Of a stretch of DNA of 64,000 nucleotides, positions 9,054 through 17,758 are shown one piece after another. Every line of letters starts with the position of its first letter. Position 1 is the stretch's first letter. Under the pieces are notes generated by a model. That model saw nothing but the letters and a program-made list of their open reading frames with translations, was not told where the DNA came from and did no database searches. The stretch lies in contig CANGDZ010000008.1 of assembly GCA_947452785.1 (NCBI GenBank), positions 1,069 through 65,068 on the forward strand, written 5' to 3'. The translations under genes and the position numbers were made by a program. This DNA is from Comamonadaceae bacterium. Its GTDB lineage: Bacteria; Pseudomonadota; Gammaproteobacteria; Burkholderiales; Burkholderiaceae_C.

Positions 9054-12000
9054 TTAACGCTTGAGCAATTGCTTCAAGACGTTTTGCAAGCGACGGGCCG
9101 AGTTGCCATCGTGCGCAGAAGCCAGCACCGCGCCCACGTCCAGGCGCCAGGTGTCCACCGGACCGGGCTCGTTGCGGCGCGTCAGCAATTGCAGTTGCAG
9201 CGCGCGGCGCTCGTTCAAGAACTCGGCAGGTGTCGGCACTTCGGCGGCCATTTCCAGACGCAGCAAGGCGGCTTTTGAGGCCGCTTGCGGAGCGGGTGCG
9301 GCTTGCACCGACTGGGCCCACGCTGAACGGGTGGCGGCATTGACGCCTTTGCCCAGGTCTTGTGCCGAAGGCAAAGCTTCGGTTTGACGGGTTTCCCAAG
9401 CGCTCATCAGGTTGCCCAGGGTCTCTCCATGGGCTTGTGAGGCCAATTTTCGCAAGGTCATTTCAGCGTGTTCCAAGGCATCCCGTTGGGCCCGGAAAGC
9501 GGCATCACCCAAACGCGGGCCGCGGTCCGGGCGCTCGGCACGGTCACCAAAGCGATCCCCAAAACGGTCATTAGGTCGACCGCCACGGTCACCTCGGTCA
9601 GAAGGACGTCCATCGCGACCTCCTTCACGGCGATCACCAAATTTGCCACCCCGTCCGGCAGGTGCCAGCTCGGTGCGCTTTTGGCCAGGGCGGTCGTCGC
9701 CGCGCACGGCCACCACAGGGCGGGGCGGAGCTTTAACAGACGCTGCAGGCACAACAACTTCAGGTGCCGCAGGCTCTGACTCAGACTCGGTCTCGGTATC
9801 TGTACCGGCCACTGCCTCATCGGAGACCTCGGCGGTTTCAGCGGCGGGTGCCGCAGATTCGACCGGGGTTGTTTCAGCTTGATGCTCTGGCGCGCTGTCT
9901 TGGGCGTCGGCTTGCGCCGCTACGGGCGCAGACGCGGTAACAGGCGCGCTGGCGGCAGCTTGTTCAGCCGCCACAGCCACGGCTTGACCGCGCAAAGCAG
10001 CGTCCAAGCCGTGCATGGCCGCGCGAATTTTCTGCGCATCGCCGCTGGCGTTGGCGGTTTCCAAGGCGCGCGAGGCGTCGAGCACCGCGCGGTCATGGGC
10101 ACTGATCTGCGAAGACACCTGTTCGCGCTCCACCGTCTTGCGGTTGAAGGCGTCGTCAATCGGTTGACGGAACGACTCCCACAGCTTTTGCTCCAACTTG
10201 CGCTCCAGCGGCACGGCTTGGGCTTCAGTTTGCCAGCGTTGCTGCAACACCTTGACGGCATCGACGCGCAAACCGGGCGCTGCGCCCAAGACTTCGGCTT
10301 CGGCGATCAGGGCTTGACGGCGCTCGAGACTGGCTTTTTGAGCCGCCTCCAAGGGGGCAGCCGCTTGCTGAATGACTTTTTTCCACTGAGGTTGCAATTC
10401 GGCAAAGGCCTTTTCGCTCAAATGACCCGCATTGCGCCAGCGGTCGCCAAACTGGTGCAGGGTGCGCAGTTGCAGTTTCCAGTCGGTGTTCTCGGCATGG
10501 GCTTGGCCCCAGGCGCGCAGCTCTTCCATCATGGCCAAGCGCTGACCGCGGTGTTCGACGGCCTCGTGCTTGAGCTTGTCCAACCACTCTTGCACCACTT
10601 TGTAAGCCTCGTTGCAAGCGGCGTCAAAGCGCTTCCACAACGCATGGTTAGGATTACCACCTTGGTCGGTGAGTTTCCACTGGTCGCGCAATTGACGCAG
10701 GGTTTCCTGCATCTTGCGCCCGCCCATGGCAGGGATCTTGGCCGGTGCGGGTTCGGCAGCGGTTGCGGCAGCCGATGAGGCCGCCGGCAAGGACACCGTC
10801 TCGTCCTGGGTTTCAGGTGCAGTTTCTGCCGCGCTCACTTCGGCGGCGACTTCGGCGGTGACTTCGGGCGCCGCGACATCAGCGGCCTCGACTGCAACTT
10901 CCAGGTTGGCGTCTTGCGCAGCAGTCACGTCCACCACGGCGTCCACCGCAGCAGGTGCTTCAGTGCCCGCATGCGCGTCGGAGTCTGCAGGCGCTGCAGC
11001 CGTTTCGGCCGCCACGCGCGGCGCTTTGGGCTTGCGCGCCACCACCGGTTTGAACAAGGCCTCGGCCTTGGCTACCAGCTCTTGGCGCAGTTGGTCGGCA
11101 CGCCAGCGCTGCCAGCCTTCGAGTTCGCCGGCAGCAGTCAAAGCGGCATGAACGCGAGCGTCCAGGGCGGTGTCTAAATTGCGGCCGTGTTCTTTCAGCA
11201 CCTGACGCAGGGCAGTGGCAGCGCCGGCGCTGGCTTTGCCATGGCCTTCGGTGACTTCGGTTTCCACCGCCGTCAACACCGCCAGCACCGCTTGGGTGGC
11301 TTGCTCGCGCAGCGCCTGGCGTTGTGCGGGATCTAATTTGGGCTTGGCAGGCTTGGCTTGTTTCTCGCCTTCAGCCGCCGGGGCCACGACGGCCACTTCA
11401 CCGCGCAAAGCGCGCAGCTCGTCGGCCCACACCAGCACCTGCGGCAAGGGAGCGCTGTGGTCGGTTTGCGCCACATGGGCTTGTGACAAGGCGGCCTCAA
11501 AGGCATCCCAGACACCCTTTAACTGGTTGCGCGAAGCCTCCAACTGGGGCGGGAACTTCATGTCCACGCTGGGCCAGCCGGCCTGCGCGGTCAGGTCTTG
11601 CGCCTGTTGCTGCCATTGGGCCACATCGACTTGCAAAGAGGCGTGTACAGCTTGGGCTTCTTTCCAGCTTTTAGTGGACAACACTTCCACCCGCTGCGCC
11701 AGCAAGACCGCAGCTTCACGCTGGACCATCACCTGGTGTTGCAAGTCGTCCACGGTTTTCACCACTTCAGCCAACTGCACTTTCAAGCCAGCCAGCGGTT
11801 CACGCGACAGCGGGGCGCCGGCTTTGGCGGCATCACGCTGCCAAGCCAAGGCGTCAGCAATATTGAGGCGGGTGCTGCCGAGCAACTGCTGAGCGCGCTC
11901 AGCCCACTCGGCGGCCAAGGCGTCTTGGCCTCGGGCTTTTTTAAGCTCGTCCAACTTTTCACGCAAATTCTTGGCCGCGCCCTTGTCACGCGAAGACAGT

Positions 12001-12158
12001 TCTTTGTAAACGTCTTGCATGTGCTCTAAGGAGGGTTCGGTCAAAAGCCACTCACGTAAACGGGCGCTGCGCTCGCCTGAGGTGGGAGCGGTGAAAACGC
12101 CGCCGGTCAGGGTATCCAAACCGGAGAGATCGAGAGTCTTGGGAGATGCTGGGGTCAC
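9054..12158 (-). CDS. large DUF349-repeat protein
   Basis: 1034 aa. Recurring DUF349-like helical units (WKRFDAACNEAYK, LWESFRQPIDDAFNRK, QRWQ...), an Ala/Glu/Pro low-complexity middle, and an Arg/Gly/Asp-rich stretch (GDRGGRPNDRFGDRFGDRAERPDRGPR). The track start is a GTG, so the exact start is uncertain. Confidence 0.7.
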   Translation of the reverse strand: MTPASPKTLDLSGLDTLTGGVFTAPTSGERSARLREWLLTEPSLEHMQDVYKELSSRDKGAAKNLREKLDELKKARGQDALAAEWAERAQQLLGSTRLNIADALAWQRDAAKAGAPLSREPLAGLKVQLAEVVKTVDDLQHQVMVQREAAVLLAQRVEVLSTKSWKEAQAVHASLQVDVAQWQQQAQDLTAQAGWPSVDMKFPPQLEASRNQLKGVWDAFEAALSQAHVAQTDHSAPLPQVLVWADELRALRGEVAVVAPAAEGEKQAKPAKPKLDPAQRQALREQATQAVLAVLTAVETEVTEGHGKASAGAATALRQVLKEHGRNLDTALDARVHAALTAAGELEGWQRWRADQLRQELVAKAEALFKPVVARKPKAPRVAAETAAAPADSDAHAGTEAPAAVDAVVDVTAAQDANLEVAVEAADVAAPEVTAEVAAEVSAAETAPETQDETVSLPAASSAAATAAEPAPAKIPAMGGRKMQETLRQLRDQWKLTDQGGNPNHALWKRFDAACNEAYKVVQEWLDKLKHEAVEHRGQRLAMMEELRAWGQAHAENTDWKLQLRTLHQFGDRWRNAGHLSEKAFAELQPQWKKVIQQAAAPLEAAQKASLERRQALIAEAEVLGAAPGLRVDAVKVLQQRWQTEAQAVPLERKLEQKLWESFRQPIDDAFNRKTVEREQVSSQISAHDRAVLDASRALETANASGDAQKIRAAMHGLDAALRGQAVAVAAEQAAASAPVTASAPVAAQADAQDSAPEHQAETTPVESAAPAAETAEVSDEAVAGTDTETESESEPAAPEVVVPAASVKAPPRPVVAVRGDDRPGQKRTELAPAGRGGKFGDRREGGRDGRPSDRGDRGGRPNDRFGDRFGDRAERPDRGPRLGDAAFRAQRDALEHAEMTLRKLASQAHGETLGNLMSAWETRQTEALPSAQDLGKGVNAATRSAWAQSVQAAPAPQAASKAALLRLEMAAEVPTPAEFLNERRALQLQLLTRRNEPGPVDTWRLDVGAVLASAHDGNSARRLQNVLKQLLKR

Positions 12159-12346
12159 TGTGTCAACGCTAGAAAAGATAAACAGACCGTATTTTCACCG
12201 CTATTTGGTCCCATTCGGGAATACGTCCAGTCGTGAGTACGAAAGTCTCGGCATTTCTGCCTCACGGAGGGGCTTGAACCGTCCATAGGCAGGGGCAAAC
12301 CCCATCAAAACAAAATAAAAAAATATAACAAACTCAAATGATATAC

Positions 12347-12375
12347 TTCACAAGCTATGACGATATCCCTAGAAT
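12347..12375 (+). promoter_or_regulatory. candidate sigma70 promoter (TTCACA-N17-TAGAAT) with A/T-rich upstream element
   Basis: -35 TTCACA at 12347-12352, exact 17-nt spacer, -10 TAGAAT at 12370-12375. Preceded by about 45 nt of A/T-rich DNA (AAAATAAAAAAATATAACAAACTCAAATGATATAC). Confidence 0.45.
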
Positions 12376-12632
12376 CGCGCCAACCTTGAAAGTTGATGGG
12401 ACAGCCCTTAGGTGCTGTGCCCCCCCCCGTTGAATCGAAATGTCACCGTGCACAGCAAAGCGAACGCTTGCTGGTTGGTCAGGCCCTTGCCTGTCAAGCA
12501 CTTGTTGCGTGACACCGATTCAGTTGACTATTTAATGCTTCACAGTCCCCAGTCCAACACAGGGATGCTGAGTGAAGACACTGGACTTCTCATTTGATAC
12601 TGCTCACAAAAACATGGAAAGCCGTGCGCCTG

Positions 12633-13400
12633 ATGGCCAGCGACGCCCGTGATGGCTTCGTGGAAATCACCCGCAATGGATTTGCCCTGTTGGGCTTGGC
12701 GGTGGTCGCACTGACGTTGACCTTGACAATTCGCCCGCAATTGCAAGAAACAGCCACGGCCCAGTTGATGGCTTGGCTCCAAGCACGGCAACTGCCCAAC
12801 ACCTGGACATCTCCTGCAGGCTTTGCCGCTTTGCAGCGCACCACGGCAGGCGACCCCATGGACTTACCGGCGGAGCAGGCGTCTGTCACCTACTGGCTGA
12901 GCCGCAAATACAACGTGTCACCTGAGCCTTTGAGTGTCTTGGTGGCCGAAGCCTTTAATCTGGGTGAACGCGCCCACATCGCCCCCACACTGATTTTGGC
13001 CATCATGGCGATCGAGTCGAACTTCAACCCCTATGCACAAAGCAATGTGGGTGGCCAAGGACTGATGCAAATACAACCCAAACAGCAATCTGAAAAATTG
13101 GACAGCCTGGGTGGTGCCATGGCGGCTTTTGACCCTTTGAGCAATTTGCGCGTTGGCGTGAGCGTGCTGCACGAGTTGGCAGTTGCAAAAGGCTCGATCC
13201 ATGCAGGATTGACCGCCTATGCCCAATCCACCCAAAGCCGTGAGAGCAACTACCTGGACCGGGTATTGCAAGAGGAACAGCGCTTGGCGCACATCACGCA
13301 ATCGGTACGGCAAGCGCGTGCGGCGGGCAACGACGCCACGCCCAAGATGCAACCGGCCCGCTGGCAGGTGCCCGCCAAAGGACAGTCGATTTCGCTTTAA
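12633..13400 (+). CDS. lytic transglycosylase (SLT domain) protein
   Basis: SLT catalytic region AIMAIESNFNPYAQSNVGGQGLMQI and an N-terminal membrane anchor. The track start 12594 is a TTG. The first in-frame ATG is 12633 (MASDARDGFVEIT...). Confidence 0.8.
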   Translation: MASDARDGFVEITRNGFALLGLAVVALTLTLTIRPQLQETATAQLMAWLQARQLPNTWTSPAGFAALQRTTAGDPMDLPAEQASVTYWLSRKYNVSPEPLSVLVAEAFNLGERAHIAPTLILAIMAIESNFNPYAQSNVGGQGLMQIQPKQQSEKLDSLGGAMAAFDPLSNLRVGVSVLHELAVAKGSIHAGLTAYAQSTQSRESNYLDRVLQEEQRLAHITQSVRQARAAGNDATPKMQPARWQVPAKGQSISL

Positions 13401-13442
13401 CCGGCCTGGGTCGCCCCGCGTCCAGAGATCGTCTGGGCTACA

Positions 13443-13621
13443 CTCAGGGGGTGCGCAACTGGCGATAGGGTTGTGCTTGGGTCGTTACCGACCTGGGGCA
13501 ACTTGACGTGGACCTTGAGGGCCTGATGGCCTTCACATTACCACTGGGAAGCGCGCAGCCTGCTGATTCATGGGCCTTTGTGCCCCAGAGTTCAGCCGGT
13601 TTTCAGCCGTTCGCCTGGGCA
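13443..13621 (+). promoter_or_regulatory. candidate ZTP (pfl-motif) riboswitch in the glyA leader
   Basis: ACTGGCG at 13458-13464. P2-like hairpin GGTCG-TTAC-CGACC at 13480-13493, followed by GGGG. Distal CGCCTGGGCA at 12-nt resolution 13612-13621, preceded by a short hairpin CGG-TTTTCAG-CCG. Located 60 nt upstream of glyA. The linker between the two sub-domains is long (about 75-100 nt). Confidence 0.5.
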
Positions 13622-13681
13622 GCCCTTGTCGAGAACTTTTCACAAGTGTCTTTCCAAGGTTCCATCATCTGAAGGACTGCC

Positions 13682-14926
13682 ATGTACCACCGCAACATTT
13701 TGATTGAACAAACCGATCCCGAGATCTTTGCCGCGATCGAAGCCGAAAACGATCGCCAAGAGCACCACATTGAGCTGATCGCCAGCGAAAACTACGCCTC
13801 GCCCGCCGTCATGGCCGCGCAAGGCTCGCAACTCACCAATAAATACGCCGAAGGCTACCCCGGTAAGCGTTACTACGGTGGCTGCGAGTTTGTGGACATC
13901 GCCGAACAGTTGGCGATCGACCGCATCAAACAAATTTTTGGCGCTGATTGCGCCAATGTGCAACCGCATTGCGGTGCCTCGGCCAACGAGGCCGTGTTCT
14001 TGGCTTTCTTGAAACCCGGCGACACCATCATGGGCATGAGCCTGGCTGAAGGGGGTCACCTCACGCACGGCATGCCACTTAACATGTCGGGCAAATGGTT
14101 CAACGTGGTTTCCTACGGCCTCGATGCCAACGAAGCCATCGACTACGAAGCCATGGAAGCTAAAGCCCGCGAATCCAAGCCCAAGCTGATCATTGCAGGC
14201 GCCTCGGCTTATTCGCTGCACATCGACTGGGCCCGGTTTGCCAAAGTGGCCAAAGAAGTCGGCGCCCTCTTCATGGTCGACATGGCCCACTACGCCGGCC
14301 TGATTGCCGCAGGCGTATACCCCAACCCCGTGCCGCACGCAGACGTGGTGACATCGACCACACACAAGAGCCTGCGCGGCCCGCGCGGCGGCATCATTTT
14401 GATGAAGGCCGAGCACGAAAAGGCCATCAACAGCGCCATCTTCCCAGGCCTGCAAGGCGGCCCGCTGATGCATGTGATCGCGGCCAAGGCAGTGGCCTTC
14501 AAAGAAGCGTTGCAACCTGAGTTCAAGGCTTACCAAGCCCAGGTGATCAAGAACGCACAAATCATTGCCGAGACTTTGACTGAGCGCGGCCTGCGCATTG
14601 TCAGCGGCGGCACACAGAGCCACGTCATGTTGGTGGACCTGCGTGCCAAAGGCATCACCGGCAAAGTGGCCGAAGCTGCTTTGGGCGCAGCCCACATGAC
14701 GATCAACAAGAACGCGATTCCGAACGACCCTGAAAAACCGTTCGTCACCAGTGGCGTGCGCATCGGCACACCGGCCATGACCACACGGGGCTTCAAGGAC
14801 GAGGAAGCCCGTATCACCGCCCACCTGATCGCCGATGTGCTCGACAACCCGCTGGAAGAAGCCAACCTGGCCACCGTGCGCGCAAAGGTTAATGCCTTGA
14901 CCGCTCGTTTCCCGGTTTACAAGTAA
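13682..14926 (+). CDS. glyA: serine hydroxymethyltransferase
   Basis: 414 aa. Typical SHMT sequence ([21 protein letters not shown] with the PLP lysine). Confidence 0.97.
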   Translation: MYHRNILIEQTDPEIFAAIEAENDRQEHHIELIASENYASPAVMAAQGSQLTNKYAEGYPGKRYYGGCEFVDIAEQLAIDRIKQIFGADCANVQPHCGASANEAVFLAFLKPGDTIMGMSLAEGGHLTHGMPLNMSGKWFNVVSYGLDANEAIDYEAMEAKARESKPKLIIAGASAYSLHIDWARFAKVAKEVGALFMVDMAHYAGLIAAGVYPNPVPHADVVTSTTHKSLRGPRGGIILMKAEHEKAINSAIFPGLQGGPLMHVIAAKAVAFKEALQPEFKAYQAQVIKNAQIIAETLTERGLRIVSGGTQSHVMLVDLRAKGITGKVAEAALGAAHMTINKNAIPNDPEKPFVTSGVRIGTPAMTTRGFKDEEARITAHLIADVLDNPLEEANLATVRAKVNALTARFPVYK

Positions 14927-14932
14927 TCCCCG

Positions 14933-15382
14933 ATGAAGTGCCCCTTCTGCGGCCATAACGACACCCAGGTGGTGGAAACCCGTTTGGCCGAAGACGGGGA
15001 CTTGATTCGTCGCCGCCGCCAATGCGGCAGTTGCGAGAAACGCTTCACCACTTACGAACGTCCGGAAGTGAGCTTTCCGGCGATCGTCAAAAAAGACGGT
15101 CGACGCATCGAGTACGAACGCGTAAAATTGCGCGCCAGCATGAACCTGGCGTTGCGCAAGCGCCCGGTGAGCACCGAGCAAGTGGACTCGGCGATCGAAC
15201 GCATCGAAGAAAAATTACTCAGCTTTGCCGAACGCGAAATCGCCTCCAACCGTCTGGGTGAGTTGGTGATGCGCGAATTGAAAAAACTCGACAAAGTGGC
15301 TTACGTGCGCTTTGCCAGCGTATACCGCAGCTTTGAAGACATTGATGACTTCAAGCTGCTGGTGGACGAAGTCAATAAATAA
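14933..15382 (+). CDS. nrdR: transcriptional repressor NrdR
   Basis: 149 aa. Zn-ribbon MKCPFCG...[12 protein letters not shown] followed by an ATP-cone. Confidence 0.95.
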   Translation: MKCPFCGHNDTQVVETRLAEDGDLIRRRRQCGSCEKRFTTYERPEVSFPAIVKKDGRRIEYERVKLRASMNLALRKRPVSTEQVDSAIERIEEKLLSFAEREIASNRLGELVMRELKKLDKVAYVRFASVYRSFEDIDDFKLLVDEVNK

Positions 15383-15404
15383 GTTCGGTTCAACTGCAAC
15401 GTTC

Positions 15405-15857
15405 ATGAACACCTCGCTCGGCTTCACCCTGATCGAGGCTTTGGTGGTGGCGGCCGTGCTCGGCATGGGCATCTTGAGCGCCATCACCTTGGCGATGTAC
15501 AGCCTGAACGCCGGTGCCGCGAGTCACCAGCAAGTCACGGCGCTGGCTTTGGCGAGCAATGCCCTGGAGTGCTGAGGCAGCGGACCCACGCTCTGCCCGA
15601 CCTCGGCCGCCTTGAGCGCGGGCGGAGACAGCCTGAGCGCCAACACGCTAAAGGACACGGCTTACACCGTGCGCAGTGGGGTGACCCCGAAGGCAGACGC
15701 CAAACTGCAAGCCATCCAAGTGTCGGTGAGCTGGCGGCCCGCCAGCACCAACACCGTTAGCAGGAATGACAACCTGATGGCACCAGGTTCAGGTCAGCTC
15801 GTGATCAGCACCCGTGTCTCCTCTGTGCCCGTGTTTGTGTCCACCACAAGCCCATGA
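15405..15857 (+). pseudogene. PilV-like type IV (pseudo)pilin gene interrupted by an in-frame TGA
   Basis: N-terminal prepilin cleavage/methylation motif MNTSLGFTLIEALVVAAVLGMGIL. In-frame TGA at 15573-15575. The same frame then stays open to 15857 (…VSVSWRP…LVISTRV), giving about 150 codons in total, a normal minor-pilin length. Confidence 0.5.
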
Positions 15858-15930
15858 AACTAGCTGACCGTGCCGCGCAAGGCAAAATGCAGGCTCTGCC
15901 TCTTTCATTTCGACCCAATTCACTTTTGAC

Positions 15931-17058
15931 ATGTCCAGCCCCATCCCGCCCTCCCCTATGCAGCGCGCCTTGGCACTGGCACGCCAGGCGCTGTGGCTCA
16001 CTTCGCCCAACCCCCGCGTGGGCTGCATCATCACCACCGCAGATGGCGCCGTGCTCGGTGAGGGCCATACGCAGCGCGCTGGCCAAGCCCACGCCGAGAT
16101 CATGGCGCTGCGCGATGCGAAAGCGCGTGGCCACAGCGTGCAAGGCGCAACCGCCTATGTGACGCTGGAGCCCTGCGCACATCAGGGGCGAACCGGGCCG
16201 TGCTGCGACGCCTTGGCTCAAGCCGGTATCACCCGCGTGGTGGTGGGGGCAAGTGACCCCAACCCCTTGGTCGCCGGTCAAGGATTGGCACGCCTGAAGG
16301 CCGCGGGCGTGCAGATTGAACACGATACCCAAGCCGTAGCCCTGTCGCGTGAACTGAACCTCGGTTTTTTCAGCCGCATGCAACGCCACAAGCCTTGGGT
16401 GCGCATGAAAATCGCCGCCTCGGTGGACGGTCAAACCGCGCTGGAAAACGGCCAAAGCCAATGGATCACCGGACCTGAAGCGCGTGCCGATGGCCATGCC
16501 TGGCGCGCCCGCGCCTGCGCAGTGCTCACCGGCATTGGCACCGTACTCGAAGACGACCCGCTGCTCGACACCCGCCTGGTCAACGCGCCGCGCGCGCCGC
16601 ATTTGGTGATCGTGGACAGCCGGCTCGAAACCCCACTGACCGCCAAGCTCTTTCAAACCAAACTCGACACACCACGTCACATCTGGATTTACGCCGCCGT
16701 CGACCACCCCGATCGCCGCGCCGCACTGCAAGCCTTGGGTGCCACGGTGACGCTGCTGCCGGGACCCGGCGGCAAAGTGGATTTGCCCGCCCTGCTGCGC
16801 GACTTGGCACAGCGCGAGGTGAATGAAGTGCATGTGGAAGCCGGGCACAAACTCAATGGCTCCTTGGTTCGCGAGGGCTTGGTGGATGAATTTTTGCTGT
16901 ATCTAGCGCCCAAACTGATCGGCCAAGGCCGGGGCATGGCCCAGTTTGGGCCTTTGACCCAATTGAGCGAGGCGCTGAGTTTGACTTTTAACGACCCGAC
17001 GCTGATTGGCCCCGATCTGCGACTTTTAGCCCGCGTCACGGGACGCGATCTTTTTTAA
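15931..17058 (+). CDS. ribD: bifunctional riboflavin biosynthesis deaminase/reductase
   Basis: 375 aa. CMP/dCMP deaminase zinc motif HAEIMAL...PCAHQGRTGPCC and a C-terminal RibD reductase domain. Confidence 0.95.
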   Translation: MSSPIPPSPMQRALALARQALWLTSPNPRVGCIITTADGAVLGEGHTQRAGQAHAEIMALRDAKARGHSVQGATAYVTLEPCAHQGRTGPCCDALAQAGITRVVVGASDPNPLVAGQGLARLKAAGVQIEHDTQAVALSRELNLGFFSRMQRHKPWVRMKIAASVDGQTALENGQSQWITGPEARADGHAWRARACAVLTGIGTVLEDDPLLDTRLVNAPRAPHLVIVDSRLETPLTAKLFQTKLDTPRHIWIYAAVDHPDRRAALQALGATVTLLPGPGGKVDLPALLRDLAQREVNEVHVEAGHKLNGSLVREGLVDEFLLYLAPKLIGQGRGMAQFGPLTQLSEALSLTFNDPTLIGPDLRLLARVTGRDLF

Positions 17059-17116
17059 TTCAGAGTTTTATGGCTCGCGCGGCCATAACGCCCTCTTTCC
17101 CTGCGAAAATGCACAT

Positions 17117-17758
17117 ATGTTTACCGGAATCATCACCGGCGTGGGGCGCATCGCCGCCCATCACGACCTGGGTAGCTCTTTACACCACGGCAAGCGCCTC
17201 ACCATCGAGGCGCCTCCGGGCTACCTAGATGACGTGGGCCTGGGCGACAGCATCGCCTTGAATGGCGCCTGCATGACCGTGACCACCTTCAACCCCTTGC
17301 AACGGCAATTCACGATCGATATCTCTGCCGAGTCTTTGGACAAAACCGCAGGCCTGGACCAGCTCGGGCCGATCAATCTGGAAAAAGCCTTGCGCGCCGG
17401 AGACCGTCTTGGCGGACACATCGTCTCGGGCCATGTGGACGGCGTGGGGCAAGTGAGCCACTTTGCCCAGGTGGGCGAAAGCTGGGAGCTGCGCATACTG
17501 GCCCCGGCCGTACTGGCCAAATACCTGGCCTACAAAGGCTCTATCACGGTCAACGGCGTGAGCTTAACGGTGAACAAGGTGGTCGATACGCCTGCGGGCT
17601 GCGACATCAGCATCAACTTGATTCCACACACCGTAGGAAACACGGCGCTGGGCGAACTGCACAGCGGCAGCCCCGTCAATCTCGAAATCGACACCGTCGC
17701 GCGGTATGTAGAACGCATGCTCAGCCTCGAATCCACATCATCACAGAACATCGCATGA
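17117..17758 (+). CDS. ribE: riboflavin synthase (alpha chain)
   Basis: 213 aa. MFTGIITGVG start and duplicated lumazine-binding barrel (SLTVN...). Confidence 0.9.
   Translation: MFTGIITGVGRIAAHHDLGSSLHHGKRLTIEAPPGYLDDVGLGDSIALNGACMTVTTFNPLQRQFTIDISAESLDKTAGLDQLGPINLEKALRAGDRLGGHIVSGHVDGVGQVSHFAQVGESWELRILAPAVLAKYLAYKGSITVNGVSLTVNKVVDTPAGCDISINLIPHTVGNTALGELHSGSPVNLEIDTVARYVERMLSLESTSSQNIA

Noticed and set aside
12380-12632. Known housekeeping sRNA (6S, SRP/4.5S, RNase P, tmRNA) in the long intergenic region
   Set aside because: I could not find the conserved SRP domain IV sequence (GGAAGGAAGCAGCC-like), a 6S-type long closing stem with a central bubble, or tRNA-like ends. It is therefore reported only as an unassigned structured leader or sRNA candidate.
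13640-15181. 513-aa minus-strand ORF covering glyA and part of nrdR
   Set aside because: It is antisense to an unmistakable SHMT gene. Its composition is Gly/Ala/Val/His-rich with no recognisable domain, a typical high-GC shadow ORF.
15573-15597. Selenocysteine recoding of the in-frame TGA in the pilin-like gene (hairpin GGCAG-N12-CTGCC directly downstream)
   Set aside because: The hairpin is short, starts immediately at the stop rather than at the usual spacing, and shows no SECIS-like apical loop that I can recognise. No selenoprotein pilins are known. A nonsense mutation (TGG to TGA) is far more parsimonious. It is kept only as a remote alternative in the finding.
15805-16848. 347-aa minus-strand ORF
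   Set aside because: It is antisense to ribD and shows no motifs.
15858-17116. FMN riboswitch in front of the rib genes
   Set aside because: Neither the 73-nt gap before ribD nor the 58-nt gap before ribE contains the conserved FMN-element core (AGGGCGGGGTGAAATTCCC-like), and both gaps are too short.
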